Positions 13,801-25,428 of a DNA stretch of 64,000 nt are shown one piece after another (position 1 is the stretch's first letter; every line of letters begins with the position of its first letter). A program made the position numbers and the translations under genes. Source of the stretch: Basidiobolus meristosporus CBS 931.73 (Eukaryota; Fungi; Basidiobolomycota); NCBI GenBank assembly GCA_002104905.1, contig MCFE01000347.1:1-64000 (forward strand), written 5' to 3'. The notes below the pieces were generated by a model that saw only the letters and a program-made list of their open reading frames with translations, did not search any database and had not been told where the DNA came from.

Positions 13801-13898
13801 GTGTTGGGCTTGACGCCCGTGATCTTTTTTAGAGCTGACTCGATGGCGTTGACGCAGGAAGAGCAGGTCATCCCGCTGACTGTGAAGGTAGAGATCAT
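10851..13898 (-). CDS. Copper-transporting P1B-type ATPase (Ccc2/CopA-like), single exon
   Basis: GMTCSSC HMA domain, TGE, CPC in TM6, DKTGTLT phosphorylation site, HP, TGDN, GDGINDSPAL, YN and MxxSS Cu(I)-site motifs. Uninterrupted 1015-codon ORF. Confidence 0.97.
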   Translation of the reverse strand: MISTFTVSGMTCSSCVNAIESALKKITGVKPNTVSLSLLTGKLILEHDAGFITTAQLSQNIEDLGYDVLDSSYEEKEPSQEDTAISMTENSEKLATPHGNVKSENANNINKASTTRLILSEDPAFTTNSRNIDALKELLLSKDGIISISLSQRSNGTARKTKASKVYKSLYMSKFNRTAGMDKPEYSLSIQHQGYTIGIRSLIAICKEQGYLAKVLTNNSNQNVNLQARAQGEIRKARKKFLFSLVFAIPAFVVSMVIGMFLPSDNAAYLFFKQDIFGMKGLGLGAFIMFILATIVQLTLGVPFVQHGYMSIVRAKTANMDVLVALGTWVAYIASVVNIIVKILTPSEHMNSHMDTHNMDFFETSIFLITFILLGKYLEAFAKEKTVDAMVKLTNLQPEKAVLVHLMDSGEVDKEEVMPLELIQVGDILKVNAGGRLPCDGVIVRGSTAIDESMLTGEPVPVPKDVEDEVTGATINQSATIFMRATRVASDTTLSQIIDLVQSAQATKSPLEALGDRISHFFVPIVVLLAILVFATWMLLTHFGRVPQDWIPMNQGNVLFSLFFGLSVLVIACPCALGLASPTAVMVGTGVAAKYGILIKGGGDTMERASKFDAVVFDKTGTLTLGRPEVTTVKNFGFSDTEAADWIQKVAQLLACSSDHPLSKAISKYTETNEGLGKVPVTLESVKEVPGRGLMAEISTPSIPKALVSALGLDRKSSSGTLRFSVVYGNENWMIQNQCHYPATIYSPLIRAELDKHQSEGGTLVMLGFSLLSSTNDLKEKSPLQKNGQVLSYFVLADVIRKEAKRTVDNLKKQGKQVWMITGDNELTAKSVAGKLGIENILANVLPEHKKAKVQWLQQQPVKKTNSNTNSSRARNRFFQWKVSPIQQIPTKRMLVAMVGDGINDSPALAQADIGIAMGAGSDIAHSAAQAVLLRSRLDDLIVLFSLSRKIFNRIRYNFIWAFGYNVLAIPVAAGVFFPIFKVALPPPLAGLLMIGSSLSVLSSSLALKLYRPPK

Positions 13899-15430
13899 CT
13901 TTGTGTGAAATTAGTGAAGGAGCGCTACGGGAAATAAAAGCTCTAAAATGCTCGAGCTTAAGAAGAGATATTGAATTGACGATTGTTACTCCACAAACAC
14001 CGGCTATATATACGGGATGCGATGTTACACACCGTCTAAATAATTGGTAAGCACAAGATGCGCATTGTTAGCAGGATACGATCATTATCAATCAGTCCAA
14101 GAGTTCAGGTTGGAAGGAGATTTCCTATTGATCCCCTTAATTTCATTTGAAATTGAGCAGTTTTCACAAACGAATGTGAACTCTGATTGGCATTGACTTA
14201 TTTTCTTCCAAGGATCTTGTACGGAGTGTTATCCGCTTGAACTAGACTGCTGAGCACGCTCTATACACTGATGCGCCCCACCTCTGCTGGTATTGAGAGG
14301 ATCAGTGCTCCTCGGTCTCAGCACTATGATCGCTTCACATCTAACTGGATGCCATCTAATTTATGTATGAGCATGTTAAGATGCTGTTGATATCCCCTGT
14401 GAGTGTGTTGATGGTGAATAAACATTTTGGAGCTGGGTGTGCGTATATTAACAACATTTGATTTTTTATTCAATGCATTCATAAGGCTAGTCCCATGCGT
14501 TGCAACGGAGCATTCGTATTATGATGGTTGGAAAACGAGGTTGAACGGATCATACTGATCCATAGGGATAAACTGGGGAGGATAAGCTGATGCCACCTGC
14601 CCAATGGCATTTATCTCTCTCTGTGTGGAAACTTGCGCGCTTTATGCCATTGGTCTCTATCGCTCGTCAGTCACCCACACTGAAATTGTGCTGGATACAA
14701 GGGTGATTTAAGGTCTTGGAGAATGCTCAGAACCTGGAAATTACACAGGCATCAATATGTTAGGCCTTGAGGGATTTAGGAGTCACATGGCAACCAAGTG
14801 CGTCAACTTTTCTAGAGGAGTAGGTCTGGAGTACTGTCACGTAGAGTAACTGAGGTATTTTTGCTGCCCTTCTATACAGTCCCGCGTCTTCAGCAATAGA
14901 AATCCTCCTGATCGCCTTCATTTAAAGGAAACAGAATAGGGGGACAATAAATGATGTGGCGATACAGTTCCACGCCCTACAAGCGCCGTTTGGATCTAGT
15001 TCTACTGGAGGTTTCGTGGTTGACGATTGCTGAGCCGACTAATGCCGATATATCCGGCTATAGTGGGAAATGCCCAATCTGAATGCTGGCCGACAAATAA
15101 GCAACCCACCATGCCGTCATAACAACGATAGGTGCAAGAGCAAGCACTTTACCTGTTTCTAACTACAGTCTAACTCCTCCACTACGATGGTTATTTGTAG
15201 AATTCAGCAACAAATTGCCAGCGTACTGATCATGCGCATGCTCTCCCCGCAAGGGAAACTCAGAGAGGCCTCTGGTGGGTGAAAATATCCGAATGGTTGA
15301 AATTTATTTGACAAAATTTATGCACTGGTTTTCAGCTTAAAAAAGCAAACCACAACCGGGAGATGTGTGTGTTTAGGTGTTCCAATTGTGTGTACAAGCA
15401 AAAGAAATCAGTTACAAGATGGCAAACGAA

Positions 15431-17960
15431 TCAGAGCGAGTCGGCTCTAGATCTTGCTTGGACTGAGTGGAGATTTTGGCATTCAATAGTCAGCTGGTTG
15501 ACAAATTTAATCTCGTCTTCCATGGTTGCTCGAAGTATCACCACTCGCTTCTCAGCCTCGGCTATTTCCTGTCGGAGCAGCCGACAATCTGCCTCATAGG
15601 TCTGGATGGTCCGTTTTTCCGCATCGAAAATTTCATCCTCACGTGCTGCTAGTTCTGTTCGACGAGACAATGCATGAGCGATATCTCCTTCAATGCGCGA
15701 TAGTTGATTCCGAAGGCTCACGATCTCCGTATCTTGAATTGCCTGGATCTTGGCTTTGATTTCCTTGTGAGTGGCGGTCAACTTCTGATTCTTGGTTTGG
15801 ATCTCCTTCAGTTGCTTGGCGAATTCATTGCTTATTCTTTGGAGCTCCTTTTCGACTTCTTTCAGTTGCTGCCTGCACTCGTTCGCCTCTTCGCCGACTT
15901 TGACAATACGATCGCGTATCTCCGCTTGTTCTAGCTTCACGGCTGCGATCTCCTCAACGACCGCTTTCGAATGGGCGTCCATCTGTCGAAGATGCTCTTG
16001 AAGAAACTGGATTCGCGACTTTGATCGGACGTCCATGGCGTTGGATTTGGCAAGACTACGGTTTAGGCTCTCGATCTCATTGCGGAGCTGGGCTTCGGAC
16101 TTCTGAAGATCGCGCTTCAACTTCTTCAGAGACAACAACGCCTCCTTTTTTTGCTGCTTCTCAAAGTTCAGCTCGGACACAAGCGTTTGGTAGAGTGCAT
16201 AGCGATCCGATTCATCAGGCAGCCCGACTGTTTTTTCATCCTCGGCATGGGTTTCTATTTTAGGCTCGACAATCGGGGCTTCGGTGGTGGTGGCGGCGGC
16301 ATGGTGGTCCGCTATAGCTAATTGTGGAAAGTTGCAAATACAGTTAGATCATGCCAGCTAGGCGGGAGCTCAGGTGTTGTAGCGAGCAGCAGGTTTGCTT
16401 ACCGGTCGAAGGCGAGGTACAGAACCTGCATATTGCGCTTCTATACCCCATGATAGTAATGGTGACCTCATATTCAGTGACGGGGTTAAGCCCTTGGATC
16501 GTGGCGTTGGCCTCTTCGACGCTAACATGGACGTCCTGCCAGAGCATGTTGTCAACCCGGACCTTTATACTACTGACCTCAATGGGTAGAATAGAGGTGT
16601 TTGTGGTGCTAGGACCATCAGCCCCTTCAGAGGCCCCAGAAGAGCTACCCTCCGTGCTCTTTTCTTTGGGCTCCTCCGAGCCAGACGCGGATGCCCTTGT
16701 GGGGGCTGGGCCGTGATCATCTCCGTACGCCTTACCTGAGGCTCCCAAAGTATGTAGGATCGTTTCAGGCATGATCCAATACAAAGTGACAGAGACCGGG
16801 GTGATTCTAGAAATACATAGATCAAAACTGTTGGGGATCTCTTCTCCGTGCGAGGCGCGTACGAGAGAATCCGACGATGGTTTCCCACTTTTGGGGTCTT
16901 TGAGAAAGGACGGGTCGCCGATAGGCGCTGGAGCCGCGCTGTGCCGTTGTCGTATACTGCCGGGTATTCTGCGGGGCTTTCGAAGGGGTGAATACTTTTG
17001 AGCCCGGTGGATAGGGTTGCTTTGGGAATCGGGCTCGTGACTGCTGTTGATGCGTAGGAACTGGTGGCGGGACCGCTGGTTTAAGTAAGACTCCTCTACG
17101 CTGATATCGGATGAAGATATTCGGTGGTTCTTCCACTCCATAATCTGACAGAGCATCTCGGCGGCCAGAACGTACACACCATAGCTCACCGCGTGGATAG
17201 GGACGAGCAAGGCCCCACCCTCCGGGCTGGAAGACCTTCCGTAAAGATCGACCGAGAAAATGCCGAGACATATCAGCCAAGACAACGAATCGAGCCCCCG
17301 GATACTACTGACTATCGACAAATAAAACGAAGTATCAGCAAGAATATATAGAGCCGTATTATCTAACAACGGATGCACTACAGTCCAGATCACGATATCC
17401 ATGATGAGCAGAAAGAGCATGAGCGCAAGCGATATCGAGGACGACGCTTGATAGGCCTTGAAGCAAGCCACGGCCGACATCAGCGACGCGAGCCCCCATT
17501 CGATTCGGAAAGCCGCTGGGATCACGGCATCTGCCACGAAAACCACCGACCATATACTAAGCACTTTTAGCGTGCTATAGCTGGGGAACGAGGCTCCCAT
17601 TCTCCTGTCGAAGCCCAAGGCCCACTCATATAGAATGTAGAGAAGTCTATTGGCCTCCATGAAAATCCCTTTGTAGCTGTTCCCGTCGAACAATTGATCG
17701 GCGGTGGTGAAATCCTGGCTGGGGAAGAAATCGTTCAGCACGCGGGAGTCGAAGTATTGGACATCGGGATTTCCTTTGTAGTACAGGGTTGGGCCAGAGA
17801 GTTTAGCATGAGTGTACGGGGCATCGCCTGCGGTGTGTTGAGAAGCACTCTTGCTGCCGTGTGCATCATAGACATCATGCTCATCGTTTTGTTGGCATAC
17901 TTCGAGAGGATGGATGGTTGTACTCGGTGAATCGGGAAGCGGTGAGTCTGAGGAATCCAT
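15431..17960 (-). CDS. Membrane protein: macoilin-like N-terminal TM bundle, FN3-like domain and long C-terminal coiled coil
   Basis: ORF 16344-18038 splices (GTAAGC donor at 16402, AG acceptor at about 16312) in frame to the coiled-coil ORF 15431-16180. TM segment LKVLSIWSVVFVADAVIPAAFRIEW; FN3-like PVSVTLYW...GLNPVTEYEVTI. Start taken at MDSSDS (17960). Confidence 0.8.
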
Positions 17961-18553
17961 AAGAAGTTGGGTAGACGTCAAGTATAACCTCTGCGGTAGA
18001 CAAAAATCAGTAAGGCAATATTGACAACTCGTCAACAACAGGCTGTCCTGTACGGGGAAAATACCTATATTTTGATGTGATTCAAAATAGAATTTTAGAA
18101 AACCACAGATTATTCGAACACACGCTCACTCTAAGGTCGCGAAATACTGTAGGTAAATAGAAAAGGCGGTTTAGTGAAAGGTTCTTGACCGAGTAGGCCC
18201 AACAAATCAATTTGATCAATTTTTGGAGCTTTTAATTCCTTAATCGTTGATGATTTGGTTAGGTGTTTAGTTCAAGCTCCAGGGCGCAGCAGTGTTAAAC
18301 AAGATTAGTTGCATTGATTATGGCCATAGTCGCCAGGTAAACAGCTTTCATTATTACGTATTCGACAAATTCTCTTGGCTTGAAATACATATGATAGATG
18401 CATCAATAACAAACATGGTCACAGTCTAACCTGAATCTTCATCACCATAATCGGTGGATTGTGAACAAAAAAAATTCAATGTAGTGTTCTGCCTAGGTGC
18501 AAATATATTATTCCTTGACAGTTTATCGGGTCGACAGTGAATCAGTGGCCAAC

Positions 18554-20072
18554 ATGAGCCATTTACCTCCCGTACCATCGCCAAAATCGAAGTTGTTCTT
18601 GACTTACTCCAACTTCAACTCTTCCAAATCTTGCCACAACAACTTTGTTGCCCAGCATCCATTCAATCATGAGGTAATTCAGATTTTCACATGGTCGCTC
18701 AGCGGTGATTGGATTTCTGCCCTGTTTGAGATAGCGCTTTCCGTTCCAAGCCCTCAACAGACTTCATTTTTTTCTTAGTTGGAGATTTTTGTGCCTGGCG
18801 TAGTGTCCTCCAGTTCTGAGTTGTTGCAAGACGTTTTGAGCACCGATTTCTTCTATAAAGCACAGTTGCCGTTGAGCTTTTTTATCCGACCCGATTTCCT
18901 CCGCTCCTATATCAAAAACGGTAAAGACAGACAAAAACCGCCTTCGGTGGAATTGAAGATTCATCGAATATTTGCTACCTAGGCTCAGTTACAGCCCTTA
19001 CTCATAATGCTGGAATCGATACCGACGATGTATTTGCACTAGATAACACAGGCATGTTGTCTTTGTTTTTCTTTGTTCGACTCTCATACTTGCACGTAGT
19101 GCTAATGGGCAAGTAATTGATAGGTGTGTTACATCTGAGCGTTACGAAGGATACCTATGAGCAGCTTGGGCTCGTTGGCATGCCTGCGAAATTTGGATCT
19201 GCGGGACATCGCTATGGTAAGCACCCTGCTGTACTGTGTGTTGCGATCAGTTTGGATTAATAGCCAAGGGCCTGTGTAGTTGTCACGGTCGATCTTCGCG
19301 CTGACAATATGTTGCCTGGCCACAAAATCTACGAAAGAGTCAAATGGTGCTTTGAGCATACTCTCCCCAACGCTTACACCTTCATCATTCAAGCGACCAA
19401 CCCTGGTAATATACCACATAAACACTTGTCGCCCTGTCTACTCATGTAGTAACCGCCGATATTTTGTGCAGATGGCAAATGCGTAGAGCTTGAGCTCCCC
19501 GCCGATTCCCAGCCCAAAAAAATTTATCCAGCATGTCTCGAGAGCGCACAAGAGGGTATTGAAATTCCCGACATGAGCACACTTCTAAACAATGAAAACA
19601 TGGAAAATTGGAAAGAGGAGGCGCTGGAACGCTACGAATGGCTGGGCATGGTTGCCTGCCGTACCCCAAGGTTAGCATTATAATTGCCGCCTATCTAACG
19701 TAATGCACGTTACTTACGAAGCCATTCACGATATTAAGGATTGAGGCCAATGGGTCGGTGGATCCATTTGTATCTATCTACAGTACGCCAGAGCCATTTG
19801 CTGTTGGAGCCGGAAGCAGTGTTAAAATAACAGGAATGATCAAGCCATCCACCATCAGCTCACTTGTCAGCCACACAAGAGAGTACTTGAAGATCAAGAA
19901 GCTGCCCTGGGCCAGCGTTACTGTCTGGGGGTTCCTGGACTCGCCCATTTCGTGGCAATCCAAGGAGCATGGCTATCTGCTCAATGGAGAAAACCATTAC
20001 ACCTTCATTGTGTACCCCAATGGTACATACATACTCTATCAGGCGTGTGGGTCTCACGATAACTCCTCATAA
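18554..20072 (+). CDS. RPP40: RNase P/MRP protein subunit p40
   Basis: Seven exons splice in frame. Motifs: HPFNHE, GIDTDDVF, LSVTKDTYEQLGLVG, YERVKWCF, EWLGMVAC, DPFVSIY, WASVTVWGFLDSPISW and GENHYTF. Confidence 0.88.
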
Positions 20073-20341
20073 AGGCCATCCTGGAATTTTTAGTGGCCGA
20101 TACTCGTATTCATCCCATCTGAATCATTTTGGATTCCTGTGCAATGGTGTCAGAATTTTCTTTCCCTTGATACTCGTTATGGCGGAGTAAAAAAAATCCC
20201 TAGATGGATCTGATTGAATGCGTGATTGAACTTGGATGTACGTTAAAAAGAAAAAATAATTGATTTAGGCAACTTCCAATAAAAAAGTTGAACTGCACGA
20301 AAATTTCGGCCTTTACCTTTATCTCTTCAGGTAGTTCGAAC

Positions 20342-22836
20342 ATGTCTACAGCCAAAGCAGCCAAGAGATTTAAGCTTCAGGTTAACATCGTTAATGTCGA
20401 GGAGGAAAAGCTGGCCAAGGATTGGTCAGTTAACCCCGTCAAGCGGTTTCTTCTCCTCACCGAGGGTAATGCCTCCCTCTTGAGTGTAAGACGCAAGATC
20501 GAAAACATGTTTGCAAAGCTCTATCCTAACAGCAGGTAATACCAAACGCATATACATTTACCTTTTTGCTATTTCTCTAACTTTCTTTCCAACCGTTGTT
20601 TAGCCATACCGCTGTTGCCCGTCTTAGAGACGCTTCACTCTGCGAGCTCGACGACGATTTCAAGGTTGCTGAAGTATTCGACGAGAGCAATGTTGTCTAT
20701 GCAGCCCTGGCCAACAATCCCATGAACAAGACCCCTAATAATGCGCCTGCTTTGAACAAACCGGTCCCCAACGCCGAGCAGCAGAAGAAGAGAAAGCAGA
20801 CCCAAAATGAGGCAGTTGTGAACAGCCCTATAGATAAACAAACTGCTTCGACCCCTGATTCAAATAGTCCCACTATTGGCGACAACACTATTGCGGCCAA
20901 GGAAACCCCTGAACCACAGCCAAAGAAGAAGAAGGCCAAAAAGAAGAACCAGAAAGCTGCAAACGCCGAGCCCACCCCGATGGAGGTGGAAAGATTGCCC
21001 GAAGGCACTAAAGCTCCTCAGGAGAATGCTCCTGCGAAGAAGACTATCGACGCGCCTCCTCAAGTCGTCAAGAACGCTGGGCCAAAGGAGAAATCAAATC
21101 AGCCTGAAAATAAACTACCCCAGGCCCAGAAAGCTCCCCAAGCTACTGCAAAGAAGAGTACTGAGACGACTGAAGCACAAAACAAAAAGCAGCCACAAAC
21201 AAAAGTCGTACCCAAAAAAGGTACTTCTCCCATCGTAGATCAACCCAATAAGCAAGCGACTCAAGAAGCCCAAAAGAAAAATGCCAACGCCAACGCCAAC
21301 AAAGCCCAGCAAGCGCAACAGCCACAAAAGGTAGAAGCACAGGCAAAAGGCAAAAAAGGGAAGAATACTCCACCACAGGTTTCTTCAGCTGTCAAGGTAG
21401 ACGAAACTAAGCCGAACACTACCAATCAACAAACGCAACCCAACCAAAAACAGCATGATGTAGTGGCTCAAAACGCCGGTCCCAAGGCTGCTGAAGAATC
21501 TCAACAGAATGAGAAACCTGCCGAAAATAAGAAACGTAAATTGGCTTCCACAGGAAACAACGACAACCAAGTTACTAAGGGGAATGGGAAACCAGCCGTG
21601 GCCCCGCAGGCAGCCAAAAAGGATGTCGAGAAAAAACAGCCATCCCAGCCTGTGAGTAATGATGCCTCGAAAGCTGAGGCCCCCAGTTCAAAGAACAAGC
21701 CCACGAACAACCAGAAAAAAGCTAAAACTGAGGTTGCCGAATCCCCAAAAGTGACCCCGAACCCTACCGTTACCAATGCGCCTAAAGCTACGGAAACGAA
21801 GGCTAACAAAAAGGCGGTGGTCAAAGCTTCCCCCCCTGAAGCTAAAGGAGCCGAAAGCGTAAAATCCCCACCCTCAACCCAAGCAACGAAGGCCAATAAT
21901 AAGAAACCTGAGAGCGCGCCTGTCAACAAGGTACAAGCCGGCAAAGCTGGGGCATTGGCAAATGGAGCCGCTGCTACCAAAGAGCAAGCGAATCCTGTCA
22001 TGATTCCAGAAACGCCCACTCCTGTGCATTCCGATCCTCATATGGATAAGAAACCCATCAGCGCCTACGGAGTACAAATGAGAGATGCTATAGGTGTTGA
22101 GGCCGGCCGTATGATGGGACGCTTATTGCTTGGTGCTGATGAAGATGACGATGAAGAAGAAGGAGACCTCAGAGAACCCCAGCAATCGCATATTCCCCCG
22201 ATTATCATGTCCAGCAAGAAATCACCCGCCTTGACAAGGGTGAGCGGTGGTATTTCATCACCAGTAATTACTCCTACTCGCAAAGAGTCTATCAAACAAA
22301 TTCCTATGGAAATGAACTCGGCGGTTACTCCAGCCAAAGTGACCGGCGGAAAGCCAACTCCAGAGGCGATCGCAAGCAATTCGAGTAGTTCGGATGGTAG
22401 CTCTAGCAGCGAAGACTCTTCTGATGATGAGGATCCAGCTTCCAAGAAGACGCTAACCAATGTGGCCACTCCAAATACGAGCATCTCCAAAGCGTCGCAG
22501 ATGTACACTCCGTATCAAAACCCCACATTCTCCTCCCTCCGTCAAATTGCCGCATCTGCCAAGCTAACCAATCTTGCGGCGAAAACCTCAGCTATCGCTG
22601 GCGGTGTAACCCCCTCTATCTCTAAGCATCGTACTGAACCAATGGATGCCTCGTCTTCGTCTTCCGAGGAAGAACAAGGCGACGACAGTGACAGTAGTAG
22701 TTCTGACGAGAGTGATAGTGATGCCGAGAAGCCAGTTGCCAAAACTCCTCAACTCAATGTTAGACTGGCCGGCCAGAAATCAAAAGGTAGAAACAAACGC
22801 AAGTCAGCTCTATTCCAGCTAGCTAGAGATGCTTAA
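20342..22836 (+). CDS. Nucleolar Cdc14-binding-type protein (Net1/Tof2/Dnt1 N-terminal domain) with a long low-complexity K/Q/P/S tail
   Basis: N-terminus KRFLLLT...KIENMFAKLYP | RLRDASLCELDDDFKVAEVF matches the Cytokin_check_N pattern. One intron at about 20536-20603; acidic Ser tracts and a basic C-terminus. Confidence 0.8.
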
Positions 22837-23235
22837 TTCCGCAAGTAATTCACCACAATACCCCGACAGATATCTTCAACTCCATAGCATAGTTATATGC
22901 TGCATCTATGGTTTGTCGATTCAGTTGAAATTCAATCTCTGTATAGACGTTACCTGTATTAGTAATAAAGCATGCAATAATTTATCCCATATCTTAGACA
23001 ATAATATTGCCATTGCATAGAGCTTGATTAGTTGGCTTAGTTGGCTCCCACACCAATGGAGTGATTTTTCTACGTTCGCAATTCTCCATATAAATCCCAA
23101 AACTTCAAGTCACGAAATAACTAGCACAGCAGTCACGATTACGGTTACGGTTACTGGAAATTTCCCTCGGAATGTATATCATATCTTGTACTTCTCTGGC
23201 TACTCGGCTATAACTACCTCTACAGCTGGTCCAAC

Positions 23236-24723
23236 ATGAACTCTGTCAAAGCGAGAGAGAGAGGTGTCGGAGGCGTGACAACAAGTTCCCCGATATCGGT
23301 GTACGCGGAAGGTAAGAGGGGATGATGAGGCGAGTCTCGAGCTACGGACTGATCTGTCTTGGGTTCCAGGATGAGCGGCATTCTTATCCGACAGAACGTC
23401 CTGCGTGACAAAGGTGGATTGGAAAATATTGACGACTTTTTCGGGGGAAGAGCAAAGTGTGGTTCCAGGGGTGAGCATGCCCAGTCGCTTGAGGCAATCA
23501 ATGAATAGCTCTGCAGATGTTGGCTTTTACCATGACCTTAGCATCTCTGTCGTCACCACCGACCCTTAACAATAAGCAACCATTACCTCCCCAGAACCGT
23601 ATGGCGAGGCGGATGAGGGCATTTCGAACACGAATGAGATGGCTGCAGCCAGCGGACACCTTTTCCCGACCCAATCAACCGTCGATTTACTGATGCACAG
23701 AGCCATTTCCAAGCCTGGCAAGAGAGGTAACTTACCAGAAGCCACCGAATGCCTGGTCATCTAATGATGGTTTTCTTTCGTTTTGTAGCAGTGGTCGGAG
23801 CAAAACACCCGGGTCAGGGCCCATTCAATGAGGAGAACGATCAGGATGGGTACGTTTCATTTTTCTGTCAAGAACTACTAGCTCACCAGGCGACTAGGGA
23901 TCAGAAGAATCGGGAGAACCAAAGTGAAGCCTCGGGACTTCTGGCGAAACGAGAGAGTTTTGTACGGCCGCCGAAAGTCAGGCAAGGTGGGATAAGCCGT
24001 AGAGCAAGCTTGGATATTTGTGTTGACCAAATGTAAAGGACCCAATGTTGTTTCCGTGGTCAAGGAGATCGTGACATCCCGCGGAGCACCGGTTGCTGTC
24101 CAAGAAAAAGAATGCCAGGTGGGTGATGGTCGCGGATGAAAGTGAGGAAGAGGAGTACAACGATGGGCCAATCGACAAAATCCCCACACTCGGGAAGAAA
24201 TTAAACAAGGTAATTTTGGTAGGGCCTGGCTGCGTGAGGATTCGTCTCTAAGTTGGCCAATATAGTGGCCGGCTTGGCAAAGAATATGACCATCACCAAG
24301 CCCGTGAAGAATCAGACATTCGAATTCGAGAAGACATTTGATGAGCAAGATCTCATGTCCTCAGGAATCATATAGTTACAGTTTGATGGAATGAGGCCGA
24401 AGAGGAATTCTGGCGACAATGCTGTGGTGGGCGTGGGAGAGAGCTGGGCCTATTCGAAGCGCAAGCTCACCCTTTCATCGGGTATTTTTTGTGAAATCCG
24501 GTGCCTGCAGAGCGACTGCTCATACTACCAGATTTATCATGTCCGCTGGAGGCCAGTTCCACGTGCCTAGAGGTTGGTCAGAGAACTCCAGAATCCCCAT
24601 GAGAGGCGGTGAGACCTAATTGAACTTATTTCGGTAGGAACTCAGTACCAACTCGAAAACATCGGTTCCAAAGAGACCCGGTTATTCTTTGCCCAAGCCC
24701 GAGAAACCGTTTCTGCAGAATAG
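23236..24723 (+). pseudogene. MIF2: Centromere protein CENP-C (Mif2/Cnp3), disrupted
   Basis: Mif2_N motifs DNKFPDIGVRGR and RDKGGLENIDDFF, CENP-C motif RRIGRTKVKPRDFWRNERVLYGRR, and cupin VFFVKSG...GGQFHVPRG...YQLENIG...RLFFAQA. Lesions: ATG out of frame across a (GA)n tract, frameshift near 24074, in-frame TAG at 24373-24375, and GG instead of AG at the acceptor 24480-24481. Confidence 0.88.
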
Positions 24724-25428
24724 ACGATGTAGCCCCAGCCGATATGAAGCATCATTGCACAGACGTGGATTCGACCGTACAGCCCAACTCCAACCGTAGA
24801 TTACTTCGCCTCGTGACTCCCTCCTGTTTGCACCCAAGCATCTGGCCTGATTGCGTATCCGCCTAACTGCTCTTCGCTGACCGAGTTAGCTGCACGGGTC
24901 GGCGCCACAAAGAATTGCTGTTATGAAAACAAATAAAACCCCACCGGCCCTAGGATCTTTTTATTTCATGGTGCAGCAACCGGATGAGCCGGTTAGGGAT
25001 GAGGCGAGGCAATGATCACATTACATGGAGAAATCTTGATTTTCACGGACAATTTCAAAATGAACCAACTATTACTTGAAATCGTGATTTGCATGTTACC
25101 AAATTGGTGGCACCTCCAAGGGAGAATGAGGCCGCACACATGCTTGATTTGCACACAAACACTTCACGTTTAATCCGCCACATAGATTGAGTGGTCGGAT
25201 TCCCGACTAAAGCGGGCATGAACAGACTCCACCCCCGCCCACATCGTCCCACATCCCCTGCCAATTTAGTACATCAATCTATACTAGCACTGTGGAGGAT
25301 TGGTTTAAAAGCACCCGGCGATCTTGCTGGCTACACATCACCACAAAACCTTTCCGCGCAAGCCTCAGCCCAAGGGACCTTCTGGCAGAAGAGCATCCAC
25401 CCAGCAGATAGCCGCAAACCGCAAAATC

